A DNA stretch of 62,602 nt, the filler included, from Choristocarpus tenellus KU-1152 (taxonomy: Eukaryota; Protista; Phaeophyceae): NCBI GenBank assembly GCA_964200185.2. It is 9 parts of 9 records of this genome, joined end to end, with 100 filler letters (N's around TTAATTAATTAA, not from the genome) between each part and the next. Parts side by side here need not be neighbours in the genome. Positions count along the whole stretch, not along the records: positions 20,943 to 38,573 come from CAXNAD020000645.1; positions 38,674 to 42,431 come from CAXNAD020018108.1; 7 more parts are not named here. One strand, given 5' to 3'. Each line of letters opens with the position of its first letter. The first letter of the stretch is position 1. This document shows positions 27,101 through 39,670 of this stretch, piece after piece. Made by a program: the position numbers and the translations under genes. The notes beneath the pieces were generated by a model. It did not search any database, was not told the DNA's origin, and was given only the letters and a program-made list of their open reading frames with translations.

Positions 27101-30100
27101 TCGAACAAACCCTTTTTTTGGTTGTGCAGATGGGTGCAGGATCAGATTCGCCAGGCGAAAGAGCAGGTCATCCAAGACAGCAAAGACACAGCTGTGACAA
27201 CTGTTGAGGTGCGGATCACATGTGTTTTGAGATATTATTGGTAGTATCTAACTAGGCTTAGATTTTGTGTTCTTGCCATGGGAACATGTCAGGTCTGGCC
27301 TATCAGGAAGTTGATCTTGCCATGCTGATTGCGAAAAAGAGAAAAATAATAATGTTGATGCTTTCTTGGGGGTTGAGGTGAAGTCTGCTGTCATAGTTCT
27401 ACCCTGAAGCGGCTTTGTTGAGAACAGTCCAAGTAGTTAAATTGATGGACGTAGCAGAACAGCAACAAATTGTAACAGTTAGATGAGATTTTCCTCCTGT
27501 TGTAATGCCTTCAGTGTATTGACTCATGTATCCAGATTCTTTATATGCTATCCAGATTTCTTCAAGTTACATCACTCTCTGCATCTATTTACCCAGCTCC
27601 TGATGATGATTGTTGCCGATGACCCCCTAGGCATGCCTCCCTGGGCAATAGATAAACGTTTATAATTGAACCTTGACCAAGAGCTGAAAATGTATTCCAC
27701 AACATTTCCAAGGGCACGTGCAAGCCGATCTTGTTGACTGCTTCTGTATTAGTGATGGTTTATTGCATAGTCCATGTGATTTGAGGGGAAATGTTGACTT
27801 GGAAGGGGTGTACTCTGAAGTGTTTAATGCCCTCATATCCTCATCGCATCATCCTGTTTGCCATCATTTGCTGGGTACAGGAATGGCTAACTGTCTTTGA
27901 GTGCATCCCAGATTCAAGGGAGCGTCTCTGCACCCTAGCTCACTTCTGGAACCACTGTGGGAGGGACGAGCGGTAAGATAGTTGACCACAATCCAGTGGT
28001 GTTGGGAGGTACTTTGGGGCACTGGAGGGAGAGTGTGGGTAGGTACATCAGGTGGTCCTGTCTTTTGATCAAGTACAGGTACAATATTGATGAAGAATTG
28101 GCAACAGAATTTTTGGTTGTGTTTTGATACAATGAGGCTATCATGCAATAGCTCAGCAAGAGTTGGGTGATTTGCAGGAATGGTTGTGCTCGAGTTGCTA
28201 CGGTTGTTTGAGATTTAGCATTGGCTATGTTGCATCATCTGTGTTTCTTGACACGACTTGGAAGCTCTTGTGGAGTTGTACTGAGCATGCCTTGGCTTTG
28301 TAGTGCTGCTCCCACTCATGCTATTATTTCTTCTTTTATATCTCTCAAACTTAACTATTTTTTTGTCCAGTCAAGGATAGGTGCAATCCAAGCATGGGTG
28401 CTTGTTCGGCCCATGTATCATCATGAGGCAGTTACACATAGAATGTTCCACTATCTGCTTTTTCCCTCACTCCTTTTCTGAACTGTACTTTTCCCTGCAG
28501 GTACAAGATCTTTGGGCGCTTCTTGATCCTGATTGCTGGCAAAGGAAGCGACCAGGTCCAGCACACAGGAGTGAAGCATGAAGATTTTACCACTGAAATG
28601 ATGGTGCCGCTGCCCATGGACAACTACCAGGATCTTGATGTACGAAGCATGTTGTCTCCCTTGCTGATTTTGGTATAGGTGATTATGATTTTTTTTTTTC
28701 CTTTCAAGATCTTTTGCCATGGCTGTCACACTAGGGTAGCTGATACTTTCCTTGGAGTTTCCTCCTTCACTGTGGTCGATATGCCTGTAGTACTTTGTAT
28801 GGATTTGAGCACAGCCAAAGTCGAAATTTCATCGAGCTGGGAAAATATTAGTGATGCAGTTTGTGGACTGACCTGGTTTCAATGTTTACTGAAACATGCA
28901 GTCCAGGGACATCAACTATTGTATGGTCCGATCCATCAGGTGGACTGGTTCCCAATACTTTTGATAGGTTGGGTTCAGACTAGTGATGCATTTCGAAGTC
29001 CGGTCCATGGGCTGCTTCATGACCCACCTTGGCAAAAGGCCCTGGCCTTATCAGACCTCTGCCTTTTTTTCTCACTAATCAAGTCTGAGCAATAGTCAAG
29101 TTTTCATTTCCCAGTGCTTGGGCCCCTGGAAATACTCCTAGCAGTACATGGGTGAATTGAACATTCCGTGTACAACCTCATATTTCTTCATCTCTCCCGT
29201 CCTCTCTCCCCCCCCGCTAATGATTGATGTGACGATTTGATGTGAAACAAATTGGTGACCTGTTGGCAGCCGGTGGAGAATTGGATGCTATTTTTTTCCA
29301 GCCTGAACAAGGTGGACAAGGTCAACGTCTTTGAAAAGATGTCAGTGCTACCCTCATCCTGTACCTGTACTAATTGGATTTATGTACTTTATTACCTGGT
29401 GCAATAATTGCTGTAAATCTTGGGGTGGCATTTTAGCTATAGCCAACTAATTGCTTTAACACTTATGTTTTGGTGCTTATCTGACACATTTTTCAAAAAT
29501 TGGATTCAAGTTGCCATGTGAGCGGGATGGTATCAGTACTGTGAGTATAAGCAGGTTTATTTTTATCTTGTGTTTCGTGCAAATGCCGTTCCTACACACA
29601 CACACACACTTACACAGTACTGTTTCTGCTACTCATTGGCAGGTGGATGGCTACAAACGAGGCTGAGAAGGATGTGATTGTGAATGACCTGCGCCACTTC
29701 TTCCTGGAGGTGATGCCTTGACCTTAATTCAACTTGAAATTTAGATATTATGATACTGGCAACGTACACCCAGTTGGGGGGTGCTGTCTGCTTTTACTGA
29801 GTACTTGCTTTCCTTAATTTTTTTCTTGCTTTTACGACTTGTCCTTCTAGGTTACCTTAAATATTCTTATGACTCCTTGGTGCTGAATTTGTGGTGACTT
29901 TGGTCTTGGGCATTTTAGCAAAAGAGGACCAAAATAGATGTCTTGTTAGGGGGGGACAATCCACACTTAAGGATAGTGGGTTCTTCTCAATTTCTGCAAT
30001 GCATGAAATGTTGTGTCCATTTTGAAGGGTTCTTTTTACGAAGAAGACTGGCAACTTTGCATATGACTGGAATTGCAAGAGGAAAATTTGGGATGAGCTT

Positions 30101-30475
30101 TCTTTGTTCCAGGACAATCAGAGTTATGTTGAGTTTGCTTCAACATTTATGATGTAAGAATTGTATTGAGATCTGAGGTTGTGTCAGATTTGATATGTTT
30201 ATACCAAACACCTCTATCTAACCCAGATTAATCAGAGTTTCCTGTTCTACACCTCCGTGTCAGCCAACCCTTTCCCATTCCATTTTGACTCCATATGTTA
30301 GCCGTCCCTAGAGGCACGATTTGGAGAAGATGAAGATGATGAAGACGAAGAAGAGGATGGGGATGAAGAAGGTGCTGCTACCTCAGATGGAACTGCAATC
30401 AAGGCAGTTGTGGGGAGTGCATTGTCAGGGTCGTTGCTTGAGGAAACAGAGGACCCTGCCCAAAATCTCGAGTAG
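24125..30475 (+). CDS. TPR (carboxylate-clamp) co-chaperone-like protein, 316 aa; exons 24125-24154, 24432-24511, 25081-25168, 25919-26049, 27130-27208, 27881-27972, 28501-28639, 29270-29340, 29643-29709, 30302-30475
   Basis: Ten GT-AG exons join in frame from ATG to TAG (951 nt). Three TPRs: ELKEKGNQAFAANNYDEADKFYTQAI / TLYGNRAAARLGMGNNEEALEDAEESI / WIKGYHRKACAH...ALDAYLQAAKVEPDN. Acidic tail. Largely invisible in the ORF track. Confidence 0.92.
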
Positions 30476-31676
30476 TATAAGTTTTTTCAACACTGAAGGG
30501 CTGTTCTAGTGTAGGGAGGCTGAGTTTTGCATGGCCTCGTCACCCTTGTGAAAGAATTATGATTATGCAAATGCATGTTCCGTACATCTGGTTGTCAAAA
30601 TGAAAACATAAGATTCAGTGGGTTAGATATATTGTGTGTAGGGGAAGATTGAGGCTTGAAGACCTTCAATATAGATCGTTGTTAACTCCCATGGTAGTGC
30701 AGAAACAACAGATGGCCTTTTCCAATTACGAGTTGTGCATTTTCATAGGACTTCACAAGTGCATTGATTTTTTTGTGTGTAGCAAGGGTGTCGGCAGCAA
30801 ATTGTGTCTGCATGTTACTGTTGGTAAGCAGGCGTTCTAGTGATTTATTGCTAGTGGTCTATTGACGCCAGTGCCCCAGAGCATATCAAGGGGTTTCCTG
30901 TTTTTCCCACTTGATACTAGGCAATGAACAATTCTTAACAAAAGTGTATGGAATACTCCCTGAATATATTAACACTATATACAAGCAAATACTATTCTTT
31001 GACTTAAGATCAAGTTGCTATTTTTGTGCTGCTTGTTGCCTGGCCTCCTTTCGTTGCATAAATTAATAGCATGGCACTGAGAACTGAGTTAAGAATGTTT
31101 TCATCATTCCATATTTAAGGAGTTGCGCCAATAGGTTGAGACCTGTAAACAATGTTGCAAATTGATTTCATTGACAGAAGCAACCATTACAAACCTGTTA
31201 GGCACCCGACACGTATGCCCTGTGTAAAAACAAGGGATTCTCATCTGTCCATCTGTTTGTACTTTGCACAACTGACTCTTGTCCATGTATGGATGTGTGC
31301 ATTCATGTGAGGGCCTTGTCCTAGAGACCATAAAAAATTCAAAACAATAGGGATTCACATCTCATGGTTGGGCTGGCTCTAATCGTCCCTAGCTTTCACC
31401 ATTAGCGGCTCTCCTCTGTATCATGTGTTAGCTTGCCATCTTGTGACTGCCTGATGTGGTTACGTCATCATGGGTACTAGACCTTGTTATTGTGTACATG
31501 CTCAGACCAACCCACATAATCCCCACTCGATCTTGTGGCTCCAACCAGGTGTGTATCATGTATGCCTTGCTTGTATCTGATTTTATGTCTTGTACATACT
31601 TCTGGTCTACATTCCTACCTGAGTACTTGTGCACTTTAAACTTGATACTTGGATTTGTATGTCTCCTGGTTGTGTT

Positions 31677-31919
31677 GAGTCGAAGTAAACAAGAGGTACC
31701 CACCTTCTGACCGTTTGCATTGTAAGTCAGTTTTTCCAATCTTTTGCATTTCACCCATGTTAAGTATGGATGAAGTGCTAAGTTTGACTTGAGAGGGTTG
31801 ATTTCCCATTTGTTTGAAACTTTTCGATACAATTCGGAAAATATCCTAAACGCACATCATGTAAAAAATTCCGAATTTGCATGTATTTGCCAGCATTCTT
31901 AAAATGCAACACTAGAGTA
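31677..31919 (+). mobile_element. MITE family B copy (right end degraded)
   Basis: Starts GAGTCGAAGTAAACAAGAGGTACCC and aligns with 42739-42996 and with the reverse of 39413-39670. Confidence 0.75.
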
Positions 31920-34900
31920 CATGCACTATATACCCATGTTGAAACTAGAAGGCGACAAGGTCCTGCAGAGTTTGAGGCAGAGAGAGAGAGAGAGAGAGTT
32001 GCAGAGAGCAGAGAAAGAGTAGCAGGTCCTGCCTTGATACTGTTAGTTGTGAGGTGCTTGGTGCCTTGTATCTTGGGAAAAAAGGAGAATGCACCCCTGA
32101 ATCATAATATTCCAATGCCACCGACATCCACTCTTTTTCTCCTGTGCACAAATGCCAATCGATCACACCACAAATGCTCAGTTGTCACGGCTCCCGCCTC
32201 TCTCTCTTCTCCACATACGCTCAGGACATGAGTGGACTAACCACTCCCAAAAGGAGACTAGAATTATTCTTGAATCTCATTTAAATGGGCAGCACACCTC
32301 CTTAAACAAAAATTGATAAAATCTGCTAAAAATAATGTACCTCAGTCGCAAAAATAAAAATCGCATGCTCCAGAGAGGGTCCTCAACAACTTTCAAAAAG
32401 TATTGGAAAAAATTCCAAAACATCTTAGATTACTTTCTGTCATCAGTTCTCTTGGTAAGATTTTCTGTAACATTCCTACGAGTCCAATCTAAACAGACCT
32501 AACTACCCATGGTCTCAGATGTACATACCAACGGCACAACAGTACCTCCAGTGTGGGCCATACTTGTCGTGTGTTGGGGTGCACCCTTGTCACCCCACAT
32601 TGACCTTCCCTCCTCCCATGAAAGTTGTATTTACTTCTGTGTGGGGTATGGCTGCTAAGAGGTACAGTTTGCAGCAAAAAACTACTTTACGAGGAGTGCC
32701 TCACTATGGGACGGGCCATGACTTAAACAATCATCAAAATGATTGGCTTGGACTGGAAGACAAAATCTGTTCACCTGATGACTGATGATCACAATGAATC
32801 GTCTGTCTTCAGGTGTAGAGGAGAGTGAATTTCTTGGTCAGTCTTGAGGTGCTGCAAGGTCACAAATGGCCCACTGGATCCTGCTACTGTAGGGGAGATG
32901 ATTTCTCCTAGGTCCTTCCTGTTGCTACAAATGGGTCACTGTGCAAAAGGACAAGGGTTTTACCTGTCTGCCACCTTTATACATATAAAGCACATTCCTG
33001 TGATGATACACCCATTCGTCCATGTGTGTTACTACTACTGCCAGTAATGCTGTGTATGCTGATTCCTGCCACTACTAATGGATCAAATTATTCGCACCCT
33101 CATGCAAAGTATGTCGCTAACAATAACTGGGAAGTGTTCACAATGCAGGAGTTACAAGTGAAGTGCACATTGCATCTCAAGGATGCAGTAGCATTTTAAG
33201 TGGTGCACTGGCATATGGGACAGGTTCAGAGAGGTTGATAGTCTGAGCATACTGAGTGGAATTGTCTACGGATAATGACAAAACAGAGATATTTGAAGTG
33301 CTGTTACAGTACGTACCAGCCAATACTCGGCCTTGTTTGTGGTGGAAATATATTTGAGCTCAAAGTCAAATGAGGCACAGTAGTAACATAGATTCAAGAC
33401 ATCTAAATAATAGCAAATTGTCCATGACATGATTCACCACTCCCCAATGAATCAAAACAAAATGAAAAGACCAAATTATGTGTGACAGGGGTCATACATC
33501 AACCCTGATTGTTTTTTTTGCTGTCAATGTTTTTCTCGATATAGCCTTGAAGGTATATCTTGCAGTAGTTCACCTGTCTATGTATCGACACGTTTTTCTT
33601 GTTTTAAAAAAATGGTGCACTTTTTTTTTGAAGGCAGATTTTTCTTGTTTCCAAATATACACTTTGAAATACTCGCCAATATGCAAAAATTATTCATGCA
33701 CTAGGAAGGCCTTCATTGCAAGCGATGCAGACTCTATTTTTGTGTTTATGTGTTCTTTGCCATGTACATTACGAATGTTGTTTCTTTACCACCCTATGAC
33801 AACACCTGCAAAAAGTCGGCAGGTGAAAACTAGTATTTGTGTAGATGCTCTAATGAACCATGAACCTCGCCAAGAATGCACACTTATCCCCTTGAAATAA
33901 GTTCTACAGTGTGCTCTTCTTATCCCCTGTGCTATAATGAGGAAGAGTAAGGTAGTATGCCCTCCTGTGTTGGATCTTGTGTTAAATAATACATGAGAAA
34001 CAGAGGGTTGAACTGGAGGAGGAGTTTGGAGGTAGGAATAAATAGAGAGTTCTGAGAAAGGATTGCTGGCAAAATAACCCTCTCTTCTCTTCTGTTCTAC
34101 ATCTCCATACTTTCTAGCCTAGTTAGGAAGCACTCTGGAGTAATCAATGATGTTTATATACACAAGTCTTGGGAATCAACAGTTCAATACAGAGCTCTAG
34201 TCAGACCCTCACCTACTACAAACCTATCACTGTCCAATAGTCCAACAAAGGATAGATGTTACGGTGGGTGCCATCTAAGCCTTTCAAGATACCACCCTGA
34301 TTTTTTTTTCATCACACCGTATGTTACTGTAACCATTCAGCGACACAATGATTGCTGTAATAACCCAACATTGGCCAAGGCACTCTGGTAAAAACCTACA
34401 GTGCACTGTAGTAAGAATAGTGGCATGCCACAAAATCACACATGGTGTGCTGGCAAAGGTCAGGCTGTGGTCAAGGAATGAGACAGCATCTGAGTCAATC
34501 CAATCGAGAAGTAGGAAGATTTGGACCCTTTTGTATTCTATGTCATCTTTTTTACCCTGTGCAATACATTTATTTGATAGCTTTATGTGCACAATAGTGT
34601 ACGCAAAATTGATATTCCCCCTTTCCAAACACAATGTGAAATCATGATTTAGCAAAGGCTCTTCCTGCAATCATATAAAACGGCAACTTTTTGCCCTTTC
34701 TTGGGATCCTTAAAATACTACCCTGCCTAGCTCTTAGTTGGTTTGACTCATCTACAAGATGTTGAGAGTACAGGGTGCATCAGCCAAAGAAATGTTCTTG
34801 AGCTGTCTGTTTATGGCTGGGGCACACTGCAACTATGTGCTTGGTAGCTCTCATCATGCATTGCCATGTCTCTTCTGGTTCCCCCTATCTGTGTTACAAA

Positions 34901-36267
34901 GATTTGGAGGCAGATAGGCACGGTATGGGAAACTGGTACTGTTAATGTGATGCGATTATATCTGGGAAGAGTGCTATCATTATGTGACCAAAACAAAAAA
35001 TGAGAAGGGGGTGCATTGGCTACGATCAGTTTTTTTTTTCACCTTGTTCAATGACATGGTTGGTGCCCTGACTACAAGTGGCTATGTGAGAATCAAACGC
35101 ATCTATATAGAGCCAGTGTAAATTCGCATCTTGTCTCCTATTATCTAGTCTGGACAATATTTCCTGGTGTGCTCTCCAGCACAAGATATTATGCGAACAG
35201 ATTTTGGACTTCTTGTTCTATTTCGTGAAGTGGAGCTGCTAATAATCGCCTGACAGCCTAAGACAACTGCAGCTTTTATGCTCTAATATGCATTGATTAT
35301 CCCTTGACATGCCAACACCCCCTCCCTGCCTTCTCAGTCCTAAATAGAAAAAAAATCTCTAGAATAATAATAGCTTCACAAGGTGTCCTATTATTAGAGT
35401 TCCTTATGACTTGATTGAGGATGCAACACAGCTCGCTGCATTTAACTACATGGCAGGAATTGTTGTGTTGTGAAGACAAATGGATTGATAATTGACTAGA
35501 TGATATTGCTTGCATGGCGGATTGCTCATTGGCCCCTCAATGACTTTTGGCAACTGTGATACATGTATATTTCTGATGCTGTCAAAGGGAAGATTCTGAG
35601 TAGCTCTGTACTTCATATATTTTCCGACCATGAATACCAACAAGTAGGTGGTTTCCATACTTTCATATTATGTTGCTGGGCTCCAAAGGGGTAAAACCAC
35701 ACCCACATGGCAGGTATTGTTGGAGATGCTTATCCACCCCTTTAGCATTTTGGTAACAATGATTTGTTGGTCCTAGAAACTCTCCTTTGCAACTTAATTA
35801 CTGTTATTAAGATCAAAACTTTGAGATAACATATTAAATTGCCTTGCTAGTGTTCAGCAAACCTTTGATCCATTTGTTACACTTGAACTACCTGGAACTA
35901 TTTATGTTGATAGGAACCGACATGAAAAGGATACGGAAAGCAATTGAATGATACGGGACAGTATAAGCAACTAGATTCGACCATTTACAGTCTGTAGACC
36001 TTATGGCCTTGTACTCCCAAGGACTTAACACCTCCCCAAAAAGTCGTACTGTAACACCGTAAGATGTGACACAATAAAACGATATATTTTCACACCTGTC
36101 AGTTACTCTTGCCTACAATAGTGATCTCCTGTCTCCCCTGGAGACTGCAGGAGCGCTAGATACCTTTTTCGGACTTCAGAGATCAGATAAAACACCATCT
36201 CGGTCAGGGTGTGCTCAAATTGGAAATATTTCCACCATATCTTGCTGGCATATGCAACATGTCTTAC

Positions 36268-38190
36268 CTAGTAATCCTCTTCGCCCTCCCACTCCCACTC
36301 ATAACCACAGACCTGATGAAGGAGATGTCACAGGGAAGAGGGAAATTTGCTGAACAAATCCTTCTCCGCAAGCAAGATATAAGGGACACTAACAATGCAC
36401 TCAGAAAGGCAGTTGAAGTTACACACTTGCAAGATGTATAATCCATCCTAGGGAGTGCATTGATCCAGCAACCTTTTAGTCTATCGCAAAATCTGGATGT
36501 GTGGTGTATATCAGAGCATCTGACTTCCAATCAGCTCTCGGGAATGAGCTCTGTTCAAAGATAAGACCAGGTTGTTTATGTGATTTGCCATTGCTCAGTT
36601 GTCCTAAGAAAAATGCTCAGCTTTTTTTTACATGCAACCAACCTATCCCAAACAAAAGAGTATATTTTGAGACTAGGGGGAGGACACATTAGGGCTCTTG
36701 TGGTGCACCTCATTTGACCCAAAACAACGGAGGATTGGTGTACACTTCAAAGCCCCCAGAGGGAAAAAATAAAAGCAGTGTGAGCCACAACAAGAGTGTA
36801 CTGATATCAGCATATTGTCTTTTAAGCCTCAACTATAGCTAAACAAAATGAGCAACCTCACAAAGCAAGTTTAATGCTGCAACAAAAATATGCCTATGGT
36901 GAACTCACGCATACGATGTGGTTGCAGCTGAAGCCCAGAGATTAGTTATTGGAGAGCCACCAAGTATCAGGATTGGAACCACAGTCAAGGGGTGGGAAAA
37001 GATGGGCAATTAGGTTGCAATCAGTCATACCGATGGGTCATGTGATTGTAACCGATGTATATGTAAGTTTCTTGTCAGAAATCAGTTATAACCCTTAACC
37101 CTAAATGTTTGTCTACTACTCTGTAGTGCAATCTGTACTGTCCATTTAGAGAGGTTTGTGCTCAGGTAACAATAATGGGTGTGCAACATCAAGGTCAGCC
37201 TCTTTTCAAACAGTCCAATTTGATGATGCAGTTCCCAGCATCCAACCAATTAGTTACAGGACGGCAGCCATTCTGAGAATCGATTAGGAATAGAGTTGCT
37301 TCCACTGATAAGAGTGAAGAAAAGTACAATGGAAAAATCCTTGGTTGGATAACTCACCCTTCAGACTTGATTGTGGGAACGTTGCACCCAGGGCAGGACT
37401 GCACGCCTTCATTGAGACCCTCAGCCTGCTTCTCTGCACATGTTAGTCCAAGGTGCCACCCACTGGTCTTGCACTTGAAACACATTTCTTGATTGCAGCA
37501 TTCAGTCCTTACCTGCTCACAATGTTCTCACAATGTTCCATCGCAAAATGAGAAGAAGAAGAAAACAGAACATCCGCCTCTGGACTTAGCAGACTACTAA
37601 GGACAACATAAGAACGCTTAAGATTTAAGAACAGAGAGGTCATAGTGGCAGCACCGCTCTTCAATCAGAACATTTCAGTATGCAGAAAGAAAGGTCGAAA
37701 ATACAATATGAAGAAAACACTGACAAAAAAAAACCAGTGCATATTGGAAAGAGTTTTTGTGCAGAAACTTGGTGCTCATCTCTCGTGTAGGTCTAGCGAA
37801 ATTAGCTATGCCATCGGAAATAGGAAACACAAAATGAGTTTCTGTGCTAACATACCGCATAAATTGATGATGTGGAAATAATACACAAGAACAAAAAAAA
37901 AAGGCCCACGATACAAAATTTGAAGCGAGTTAACTTCTGTTCTAGATAGTCACACAGCAACTAAATGATCTCCAGGTTTCGTACCCTCCCTCAGGACCAA
38001 GGCCACTTCACAAATCGCTATCAAGCATTTGTTTCAGCACGCTATCAACCTACAACATGAGCACTTTCAATTAAAACATACGCTCCAATATCCTCCAGCT
38101 ACAAGTAATGACCCAAGTAGCATCAAGCACCTGGGGGTAGCGCCGCAGCCAGGCAAGCTGCAGTGCGCATCTTCTTTCCAGGTCCCTCAC
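36268..38190 (-). CDS. RBR (RING-between-RING) E3 ubiquitin ligase-like protein, 3' portion; exons 38190-38131, 37512-37358, 36927-36909, 36312-36268
   Basis: Spliced translation VRDLERRCALQLAWLRRYPQ|VRTECCNQEMCFKCKTSGWHLGLTC...QSCPGCNVPTIKSEG|CNHIVC|VCGYEWEWEGEEDY* shows an IBR-like CFKCK...H...C and the Rcat motif CPxC...KxxGCNHxxC-xC. All sites are GT-AG and phases fit. Confidence 0.88.
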
Positions 38191-38510
38191 CTAGGGATAG
38201 GGATAGAGTAGAGATTTAGGGTTAGGGTTAGTTAACTAGAAATATCTCGCCCCAGATGTCCCCACAAGTAAACAGAGGAGAGAAAACCTCAAGCATGTCG
38301 AAACCAAGGAGTGGACATGGGGGACTGGATAAATAAGACCAGATGCCTTCCATTGAGAATTCTATTGAACAACTGATAGCAGACTGTTTGAAGAACTCAG
38401 GACCAAGCTTTGGACACTAGATGGATAGTACTCAGTAAATGCTTCCAGTGAGAATTCTACCACAGTAAACAAGACAGACCGGTTCGAACTGAAATAACCG
38501 CATTGCACCG

Positions 38511-38557
<47 letters not shown>

Positions 38558-38673
38558 CCCCCCCAACAGAACCNNNNNNNNNNNNNNNNNNNNNNNNNNN
38601 NNNNNNNNNNNNNNNNNTTAATTAATTAANNNNNNNNNNNNNNNNNNNNNNNNNNNNNNNNNNNNNNNNNNNN

Positions 38674-38807
38674 CATGGCCCCTGACCAGGAGAAATGCAC
38701 TTATAACACCCATCCGACGCATGCAACCAAATCACCCAAAATTTGCGACATGGAAAAAATTGGCCCTGAATGGACAGCCGCCACCAACCCCCACATACTT
38801 TGAGCCC
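38674..38807 (-). mobile_element. MITE family C, truncated at contig start (also 42532-42606)
   Basis: Reverse match to 55026-55160; ends ATACTTTGAGCCC. Confidence 0.75.
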
Positions 38808-39412
38808 TTAGGAATCATGATTATCAGGGCCCTAAATGGCACTGTTGTCCATAGGTGGCTGGGTGTCTCACTGGCTGGTTGTAGTGATTGATGTTGCGCC
38901 CTCAATTTAACGATCATGAGTCGTGGGATATCTACACTATTGTAGAGTAGATCCATTTTTGTGTTTTTCATGGGTGAATTCCCCAGTTTCAAACCCCGTC
39001 AACGCCAGACTTTTTTTTCATGGAATTGGGAGGGTATATATGATGATAGTTACAGATACACGCCTCTTCGTGTCAATTACGGAAGGGACTAGATGGTAGG
39101 GATATGACCATAACTTTTGCAGTTCTTGGTGATATCGGATGTAGAAAATATGAGGTGACAACTGAGGGCGAGGGGCATCTGGTGGTATGTACAAAACCGT
39201 TGAATTTTGATAGGTAGCACATGATACGAAGTTATTATAGGCGTCTTGAAATTGTTGGGATGTGGTGGAAATTTCGCATTGCTGGGAAGAATGTTGCTAT
39301 TTCAAGGTTTTAAAATGAGTTAGCAAATCCTGGCAGAGGGCATAGGGTTATGGCAGATGTGAGCAGAGGTGGTGCTGTTGGGAGTGATGGAAGACTTGAG
39401 GTGTACCCTAAT

Positions 39413-39670
39413 GAGTCAAAGTAAACGAGAGGTATCCAGAGTTGCATTTTAAGGATGCTGACAAATATGTGCAAACATTGTGTTTTTTTTCAGATAGGTG
39501 TAGGATGTTTCTTGAATTGTGGTGAGAAGTTAAACAACAAAGAAATGAACGCTCTCAAGTCAAATTTAGCACATCATACATTGAAATATGGGTGAACCGC
39601 AAGAGATTGAAACATTGGGTTTTAATGGAAAATTGGTCAAGAACTGGGTACCTCTGGTTTACTTTGACTC
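39413..39670 (-). mobile_element. MITE family B, full copy
   Basis: 27-bp near-perfect TIRs GAGTCAAAGTAAACGAGAGGTATCCAG / CTGGGTACCTCTGGTTTACTTTGACTC. Confidence 0.9.
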
